DNA of 64,000 bases from an uncultured virus (IMG/VR IMGVR_UViG_3300030372_003518) (Duplodnaviria > Heunggongvirae > Uroviricota > Caudoviricetes), in IMG/VR virus record IMGVR_UViG_3300030372_003518, one strand, 5' to 3'. The notes under the pieces were generated by a model. The model did no database searches, was not told the origin of the DNA, and saw nothing but the letters and a program-made list of their open reading frames with translations. This document shows positions 57,523 to 64,000 of this stretch, piece after piece; position 1 is the stretch's first letter; each line of letters begins with the position of its first letter. The position numbers were made by a program, and so were the translations under genes.

Positions 57523-57887
57523 TATTCTTCAGTTGTTATTTCATCCCAACTCTGAGTGTCCTCGTTCCACGCATATTTTTTATCATCCTCGGGTTTTGGT
57601 GTAGGAGCTTGCCAATCATAATTCTCATCTAAAGACCAACTTGGATAAGGTTGAGGTGAAATAAATACATCATTAACATCATCATAACTAAATCCGATTC
57701 CCGCAAATTGTTTTCTCATATTATTATTATATGAGGTTTGTATCCAATTTGAATGACCAAATAAAGTAGAACAAAATTCTACTCCTTTAACTTCACTTTC
57801 GGTTTCACCATCAAGTAGCTCGTTGTTGTGTATAACTACTACATTAGTTACTATATTGTTTTCGTCAAGTTCTGCAAAATGTGCCAT
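57522..57887 (-). CDS. tail-fibre-associated protein
   Basis: MAHFAELD...WIQTSYN...RKQFAGIG...QPYPSW. Confidence 0.7.
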   Translation of the reverse strand: MAHFAELDENNIVTNVVVIHNNELLDGETESEVKGVEFCSTLFGHSNWIQTSYNNNMRKQFAGIGFSYDDVNDVFISPQPYPSWSLDENYDWQAPTPKPEDDKKYAWNEDTQSWDEITTEE

Positions 57888-57897
57888 AATTTATATT

Positions 57898-60800
57898 TTA
57901 ACTGTGGACATACGTTCCACTACCTGTGTATGTTAATATTGTTTCACTTCCGCTTGTTGTTACTGTTGGCGAACCTGTAACACTTCCTGAATAATCAGAG
58001 GTGTTCATTCTTAGTATTATTACTCCAGAACCTCCAGAACCACTTGTATAGCTTCCAGCATCTCCTGTAGCACCCCCACCTCCACCGGTGTTTGTACTTC
58101 CTGCTGTACCACTGCCATTATAAGGGCCTCCTTGACCACCACCACCTGAACCAGCTGCTCCTCCGCCGCCCGTATATCCTGAACCAGTTCCTCCTGTTCC
58201 ACCACCTCCTCCTGCATAAGCAGTAGATGTGGCGTCAATAGCAACCATTAAACCTGCTCCCCCTCCTCCTGGATATGGCCCGCTTCCGTCTACAGCTACA
58301 CCTACAGAGCCAGCTCCACCACCACCACCACCTAAGTATGGATGAGTTGCCGCCATTCCATCTCCTCCTGCAAAACCTTCATTTGCTGTTCCCGCTGCGG
58401 CAGTTGGGCCTCCTGTCCCTGAACCACTACCACCACCTGAACCACCAGTAGATGGAGCAATATTATTAGAACCTCCACCACCACCACCAACTGTATTCAC
58501 AGTAGCACCTCCAGCTATTGTAGAGGCTGAACCAGCATTACCAGGGTCTTGATAATTTGTTGCGTTATCGATTGAAGCTCCACCAGCTCCAACAGTTATT
58601 GTATAAGTTCCAGCTGCTAATGTAATAGCAGTTTCAGCACTAGCGCCTCCACCTGAAGTGTTACCGTAAGATGTTCTCAGTCCACCAGCTCCTCCACCTC
58701 CACCGTTAGAACCACCAGATGCTCCACCAGCTACTACTAAATATTCCATTTCTCCAGACGCAACAGCTGGCTGCGCTGGGTTTTCTTTAAAGGCAAAATA
58801 TATATATTCATTTCCAGCTACATTATCTCCTATTGCTACTCCTCCTGCGGTTATTTCCCATCCTGTTGACGTTATGGTCATACCCGGCGCATTTGATGTA
58901 TTATTACCATCCTGATTATTAGGCTCTAAATATCCTCCCGCAGTAATTCCTCTTGCTGTATCATATAACCTCCAGTTATCAGCGCCTACTGTAGATTTTA
59001 TAAGCACGAAGTTAGGCGCAAATCCTGTTGTAACAGCTTGTCCTGTAAGCCCATCTCCAACATAACTTCCAAAATGACTATAACCTGCAATACTTTTAAA
59101 AGCGTATGCGATTGCATTTTGATTTCCTGACAAAGTCCAACTGGGACAAAATACGGTATCATTAACTATGCTAAATAAATTTGTATAAGTTCCTGGTGAG
59201 CTTGTTGAATTTATGTTCATACCTTTATTTAAACCCATTGCAGTATGATAAACATACCAGTCTTCTACGCCATCAGTTCTTTTAAGAAAAATTGCATCGG
59301 GTGTTGTTCCTAAACCGTGTCCAACCGTAGTGCTTCCGCTAGGTGAAGATGGGGTTGTAAATTTTATAATACTAAATCCAGCTGCTTGATTTGCAGCCAC
59401 ACTACTTGATTCAGTACCATCTGTGTTTATAGCTGGACTGGAAGTTGCTTTCCAGTTATATGAAACGTAAGTATTACCCAAATCATTAGTAGCTCCGTTA
59501 CCCGCAGTAGTCCACCCATCAGCATCAAACGAACTTACAGCATTGGTAGTGGTATAGTCTGCTGCTGTTAGATTACTAGAAATCATTTGTTCAGGCCCTC
59601 TTAAAGTGTCAAACCAAGCGTGGTCTTCAGTGCCGTCGCTTCTTTTTATCCACACTAAGTTTGGGCTAAATCCAAGTCCTGCTATAGAACGTATAGTATC
59701 ACTTCCGTCATAGGTGTTTGAATTAAAACTATCTGCTAAAACTGGAGCACTACTTGCGTCTGAAGCAAAGGCCATATAGATATATTCATATCCATTTCCA
59801 TTGACTTGTCCTGAACCACTACCACCACCTGTTCCTACTGATTGAAACCCGTTAGAAAAAAAATCTATTTTTGCACCTGCTTCACTAGCCTCAACGGCAG
59901 TTGAATTAGCAAATAACCTTTCGTCTCTTGGATTTGAAGTTTGTCTTTTATTATCAACAATAAACCAGCTATCCGTACCGCCAGAAATTACTTTTATCAT
60001 CAACCAAGCAGGCTCAAACCCTGTATTTATGATTGGGCCGGCTGTTGAACCGTTACCTGTATATGTTCCAACTTTTGAGTATTGAGATTTATCAGCAAAG
60101 CAGTACATTATATAATCTTTTCCTGATGCAGAATAATCACCAGTATTAGTAAAATCTATTGTTGATGCGCCTAATGTTGTAGAGAGTCCACTTGTAACAG
60201 CTTGAGAAGTCGTATTTAATCCTTCAATTCTAATCAAGCTTCCTGTTGCAGTTGTCCAAACATACCAGTTTACTGCATCCGATACGTTTTTAAATATCAC
60301 CATTGTTGGTGCTGTGCCAAGCCCGTGTCCTACCTGAACATTACTTCCTGTTCCTGTGTATTGAACTATTGAAAATCCTGCTGCCTGATTCACTTGAACT
60401 GTTGATGTTATATTACCATCTCCATTACTAACCGTAGTTCCTGCGTTTGCTTTCCAACACCAAGCCACATATTTAGAACCAGTGTCATTAATTTCATTAT
60501 CACTACCTACTGTAAACCCATCCGAATCGAAAGCATTTAACCTATTAACACTACCTAAAACGTTTGCCGCTGTACTATTTGATACTATAAAGTTTCTTAT
60601 TCCCCTAGAAGAATCGTACCAGTTATGATTTTCAACAGCGGTATCTCTTTGTTTAATCCAAACTAAATCTGGTTGAAATCCAACGCCAGTTATATTATTT
60701 GTTCCACCATTCCCATCATATAAAACAGTATTAAAGTTCTCACTTGCAACAGGGGGTATATCTTCTGATTGTAAATCTCTCCAAGCTCCACCATCCCAAA

Positions 60801-60951
60801 ACTCTATTAAGTTAGTTGTAGTGTTATATCTCCACTCACCAGTAGATGGACTAGCAGGTCTTTCTGCTGTCGTTCCATTTGGAAGTTGCAAAGCAGTGTT
60901 TAAACTTCCTAAGTCAAATAAATCCGGTGATGTAATTTTTGTTGTTGCCAT
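57898..60951 (-). CDS. tail fibre protein with repeated GFxPDLVWIK modules and Gly-rich C-terminal domain
   Basis: MATTKI N-terminus; GTTAERP; repeated modules; LVVAGG...GGSGVIILR domain. Confidence 0.75.
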   Translation of the reverse strand: MATTKITSPDLFDLGSLNTALQLPNGTTAERPASPSTGEWRYNTTTNLIEFWDGGAWRDLQSEDIPPVASENFNTVLYDGNGGTNNITGVGFQPDLVWIKQRDTAVENHNWYDSSRGIRNFIVSNSTAANVLGSVNRLNAFDSDGFTVGSDNEINDTGSKYVAWCWKANAGTTVSNGDGNITSTVQVNQAAGFSIVQYTGTGSNVQVGHGLGTAPTMVIFKNVSDAVNWYVWTTATGSLIRIEGLNTTSQAVTSGLSTTLGASTIDFTNTGDYSASGKDYIMYCFADKSQYSKVGTYTGNGSTAGPIINTGFEPAWLMIKVISGGTDSWFIVDNKRQTSNPRDERLFANSTAVEASEAGAKIDFFSNGFQSVGTGGGSGSGQVNGNGYEYIYMAFASDASSAPVLADSFNSNTYDGSDTIRSIAGLGFSPNLVWIKRSDGTEDHAWFDTLRGPEQMISSNLTAADYTTTNAVSSFDADGWTTAGNGATNDLGNTYVSYNWKATSSPAINTDGTESSSVAANQAAGFSIIKFTTPSSPSGSTTVGHGLGTTPDAIFLKRTDGVEDWYVYHTAMGLNKGMNINSTSSPGTYTNLFSIVNDTVFCPSWTLSGNQNAIAYAFKSIAGYSHFGSYVGDGLTGQAVTTGFAPNFVLIKSTVGADNWRLYDTARGITAGGYLEPNNQDGNNTSNAPGMTITSTGWEITAGGVAIGDNVAGNEYIYFAFKENPAQPAVASGEMEYLVVAGGASGGSNGGGGGAGGLRTSYGNTSGGGASAETAITLAAGTYTITVGAGGASIDNATNYQDPGNAGSASTIAGGATVNTVGGGGGGSNNIAPSTGGSGGGSGSGTGGPTAAAGTANEGFAGGDGMAATHPYLGGGGGGAGSVGVAVDGSGPYPGGGGAGLMVAIDATSTAYAGGGGGTGGTGSGYTGGGGAAGSGGGGQGGPYNGSGTAGSTNTGGGGGATGDAGSYTSGSGGSGVIILRMNTSDYSGSVTGSPTVTTSGSETILTYTGSGTYVHS

Positions 60952-60953
60952 AA

Positions 60954-62156
60954 TTAGCTAGTTAATTTAAATGCTAGATATATATATGTGCTTCCACTTC
61001 CGTTTACCAAATCTGATGTTCCATAAGGCTCAAATCCAGTTGCCGTTACAGTAATAGAGTGAACGGTATCTGACTGTAATCTTTCGTTACTTTGCAGGGG
61101 CATCCATTCAGTCCAATGGTCGGAAGAATTAGTAGCCGAGTTTCCTGTCCACCACTGCTCAGCACCACTAGCTCTTTTAAGAATTATAAAATCAGGTTTA
61201 AACCCACATGAAACACTAGGAGACCCTTGACTTCCACTTCCAGTATAACTTCCAAAATGACTATAATCACTTTGAGGTGTAAAACAATAAGCAATATGCT
61301 CATCTGTACTAGTATTAACAGGGCCCCAAGTTCCAATGCTAAATACAGATGAAGTTGGCGCAGTATCATTCCAAACATTAGATGCTGTTCCCTCTGCCGT
61401 TGTTTCGTTTAAAGCTAAATATTTTGTTGGCCCTAAGCTTGTATGAAATACTGCCCAAGCTGATGCGGTTGACAAGTTTTTAACAACAATAAACTCAGGA
61501 GTCGCCGATAACCCGTGACCAATAGTTTCATTATTTCCTGTACCTGTATATTTTACAATACTTATTCCCGTCTCATTATTAGCTTGAACTGTTGAGGTTA
61601 TAGACCCTGTTCCATTGCTGCTTGTAGTACCTCCATTAACTCTCCAACTTATACCATAAGTATTGTGGCCGCTTCCATTAACAGTATCATTAGTTCCTAA
61701 AGTAAATCCATCACTATCAAAAGATTTTAATGTTTGAGCATCCGTTCCTTCCACTGCATCCGATGCGCTTTGTATATATTTAGTTGCTCCTCTTGTAGAG
61801 TCAAACCAATACCAAGGGTCACTGTTAGAGCTTGTGTCATAATTTTTTATAATCACTAAATCAGGTTGATTTCCAAATCCCGTTACTGCTTGTTCTGCCG
61901 CTGTTCCTGTCCAGTTTAATAATTTAAAAACTTTTTCAGGAGGAAGTGCTACGTTGTTTAATTGTTTCCAATCCGTTCCATTGTAATACTCTTCACAAGA
62001 AGCTGAACCTTCCGATGCTTCATTCGTATTATTTCTTATCATACCTTCGCTAGCGGTAGGTCTATTATTATTAGTCCCTGTTGGCATTTTAAGCCCGCTC
62101 TCGGAGGTTGACTCATTTAAATCTAAAACTTCTGGTATTACTTTTGTTGTTGCCAT
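60954..62156 (-). CDS. tail fibre protein (paralogue)
   Basis: Same MATTK N-terminus and PDLVIIK module. Confidence 0.7.
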   Translation of the reverse strand: MATTKVIPEVLDLNESTSESGLKMPTGTNNNRPTASEGMIRNNTNEASEGSASCEEYYNGTDWKQLNNVALPPEKVFKLLNWTGTAAEQAVTGFGNQPDLVIIKNYDTSSNSDPWYWFDSTRGATKYIQSASDAVEGTDAQTLKSFDSDGFTLGTNDTVNGSGHNTYGISWRVNGGTTSSNGTGSITSTVQANNETGISIVKYTGTGNNETIGHGLSATPEFIVVKNLSTASAWAVFHTSLGPTKYLALNETTAEGTASNVWNDTAPTSSVFSIGTWGPVNTSTDEHIAYCFTPQSDYSHFGSYTGSGSQGSPSVSCGFKPDFIILKRASGAEQWWTGNSATNSSDHWTEWMPLQSNERLQSDTVHSITVTATGFEPYGTSDLVNGSGSTYIYLAFKLTS

Positions 62157-62157
62157 A

Positions 62158-63033
62158 TTATGATTCTATCCAAGTTAAAGTTTCTTCATCCCAAAGATAC
62201 GAATTTCCGTCGTTAGGCTTTGGTGTAGGTGCTGCCCATCCAGATTTTAAATGTTGACTTTCTACTTCAGGTTCAATATCCTGTATAGTCCAACTTGGAT
62301 AAGGCTTAGGGTCTGTTACGTTTGTTATTGTCCACACTTGTTCTCCCTCATGCCAATAATATTTATCTTCTGGTTTAGTAATCCATTCTTGTGTACTTTC
62401 TTTCCAATAATGTTCCCCTTCCGGCTTTTCTACAGGACATTCCCATATACACGAATCTTCATTTAAAGTCCACGACTCATAAAGTTGAGGCGCATAAAAC
62501 GCATCTTTTACAGGGTCGTAAGTATCTCCTACCCCTGCATAATTTTTTCTAAAAGGTGTGCCACCATTTTGGTGAACACCACCTATTGTATTATAAGAAG
62601 TTCTTTTACATAGTCCACCTTTTCCATAATACCCTTCCCAGTAAATAGTGTTGTCTACTTCAGTTGGCTCAAGGGCCTGAAGCTCGTCAATCTTAGCTTG
62701 AATCTGCGTCTCTATCTCTGCCACTTCTTCTGTTGTTTTACCTGTTCTACTCTCTTCTAAATCTTTTATTTCCTGCTCGATTGTTTCATCGCCTGTAAAT
62801 TTCTCATAAGTTTCAAGCACTCCCGTTATTACTCCCGTTACTACGCAAAGAGCATTATCTATCTCTTGCTGCTTTGCATCTATCTCTTGCTGCTTTGCTT
62901 CAATAGCTGCTGTATCTTCTTCTGTTGGTTCTTCAATAGAAGTAAGCGTACCCATCTCACTCCATAATACTGAAAGCTCTTCTCTTAGAGTTCCTGTTGT
63001 TTGGTCGTTATTTAAAATTGCGTAATGTGCCAT
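62158..63033 (-). CDS. tail-fibre-associated protein with coiled-coil insertions
   Basis: MAHYA...RTSYNT...FRKNYAG; paralogue of 57522-57887. Confidence 0.7.
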   Translation of the reverse strand: MAHYAILNNDQTTGTLREELSVLWSEMGTLTSIEEPTEEDTAAIEAKQQEIDAKQQEIDNALCVVTGVITGVLETYEKFTGDETIEQEIKDLEESRTGKTTEEVAEIETQIQAKIDELQALEPTEVDNTIYWEGYYGKGGLCKRTSYNTIGGVHQNGGTPFRKNYAGVGDTYDPVKDAFYAPQLYESWTLNEDSCIWECPVEKPEGEHYWKESTQEWITKPEDKYYWHEGEQVWTITNVTDPKPYPSWTIQDIEPEVESQHLKSGWAAPTPKPNDGNSYLWDEETLTWIES

Positions 63034-63034
63034 A

Positions 63035-64000
63035 TTAACTAAAACTTACTGTATCTGTTCCTGCTGTAAAACTGGTTACTTTATCCCCACCATCGGTAGC
63101 TGTTGAACTTGTTAATCCACTTCCTACTGAAATAGTAAAAGTATTAGGGTATCTTAATATTACTATTCCTGAACCTCCAGCTCCCCCTGTAGTAGGTGTA
63201 CCTCCACCTCCAGCTCCCCCACCACCTCCAGTGTTAACTGTTGCTGCTGTTCCGCTTGAAGGTAACCCTTGTGTTGCACCGCTTCCTCCACCACCATCTC
63301 CTCCAGGGCTAACAGTAGAGTCGTTTCGTGAACCTCCACCACCTCCTGCGTATGTAACTGATGCTCCTGTAATTGAAACTGCTACTCCGTCTCCACCATG
63401 TCCCGCAGCGTCAGTGTTACCTGCTTCAGCTGCTCCACCACCACCACCACCAATAGCCGGTGAACTTGATAGGTTTCCAGGCCCTCCTCCGAATCCTTGA
63501 TTTGCAGTTCCTGAACTTGTAGAGCTAGTGTTATATCCTGAACCTCCTCCTGAACCTCCAGCACTCCCCACTATAGCCGTGTCTCTTCCGTGTCCCCCTC
63601 CAGTAGAGGTGATGGTGGCAAACACAGAGTCAGACCCGTTTGTAATATAAGCTCCACCAGCTCCTACAGTTACGGTGTAGTTAGTTGATAAAGCTAAAGT
63701 TAAACTAGATTCTGCGCTTGCTCCTCCTCCAGAAGTTGACCCATAAGATGTTCTGAGCCCTCCAGCTCCTCCTCCACCTCCTATAGAATTATCACAACCT
63801 CCTCCACCACCAGCTACCACTAAATAATCTACCGTAACACTTGGGTCAGCTGCGGTTGTTTCAGCAAATCTCTTCCAGTCTGCGTTGTCTTTGTATTCTA
63901 ATCTAGTATCGGTAGTATTTAAACGTAGGTCTCCGGTTGAGCCGGCAGGTCTTTGAGCTTTAGTTCCCTTAGCCCATACTAGACCTCCAGTGTTACCACT
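63035..64000 (-). CDS. glycine-rich tail fibre protein (5' part outside the window)
   Basis: Frame appears open to the window edge; VDYLVVAGGGGG...GGSGIVILRY. Confidence 0.7.
   Translation of the reverse strand, partial: SGNTGGLVWAKGTKAQRPAGSTGDLRLNTTDTRLEYKDNADWKRFAETTAADPSVTVDYLVVAGGGGGCDNSIGGGGGAGGLRTSYGSTSGGGASAESSLTLALSTNYTVTVGAGGAYITNGSDSVFATITSTGGGHGRDTAIVGSAGGSGGGSGYNTSSTSSGTANQGFGGGPGNLSSSPAIGGGGGGAAEAGNTDAAGHGGDGVAVSITGASVTYAGGGGGSRNDSTVSPGGDGGGGSGATQGLPSSGTAATVNTGGGGGAGGGGTPTTGGAGGSGIVILRYPNTFTISVGSGLTSSTATDGGDKVTSFTAGTDTVSFS

Noticed and set aside
26665..63564. Plus-strand and alternative-frame ORFs inside structural genes (e.g. 26665, 27274, 30612, 32799, 49737, 50085, 56495, 63231)
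   Set aside because: Antisense or frame shadows of well-supported minus-strand genes, with low-complexity translations
1..64000. tRNA genes, integrase, DNA polymerase or alternative genetic code
   Set aside because: No cloverleaf or such protein motifs were recognised by eye, and long ORFs are intact under the standard code; tRNAscan-SE and HMM searches would be needed to exclude them fully

Overview
This window is most of the genome of a lytic dsDNA phage of Bacteroidota, probably a flavobacterial, podovirus-like (crAss-like) phage. The host call rests on repeated TAnnTTTG -7 promoter elements and SD-less A-rich translation starts. Layout: (1) 1-5.7 kb, mostly minus strand: small basic proteins, a MarR-like wHTH and phage groES/groEL. 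(2) About 5.05-6.1 kb: non-coding divergence point with iteron-like repeats. (3) 6.1-15 kb, plus strand: early region of small ORFs. (4) 15-24.5 kb: recombination and replication genes (SSAP, exonuclease, primase-helicase, SF2 helicase, VRR-NUC, phosphoesterase). (5) 24.5-64 kb, minus strand: virion, packaging, lysis and tail-fibre genes. Standout 1: the first early operon is punctuated by 12 self-cleaving ribozyme motifs (7 pistol, 5 type-I hammerhead), roughly one per gene. Their predicted cuts fall 23-27 nt before the next ATG regardless of class, ten carry a GTTTAAAC palindrome in their variable hairpin, and they sit near three unassigned structured RNAs and a Tpt1/ART-like gene. Standout 2: a prolyl-4-hydroxylase plus Gnt1(GT60)-GT32 glycosyltransferase cassette lies among Pro-Thr/Ser-repeat virion proteins and appears to split the tail muzzle gene, suggesting hydroxyproline O-glycosylation of the virion. 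All calls were made by eye; no searches were run.
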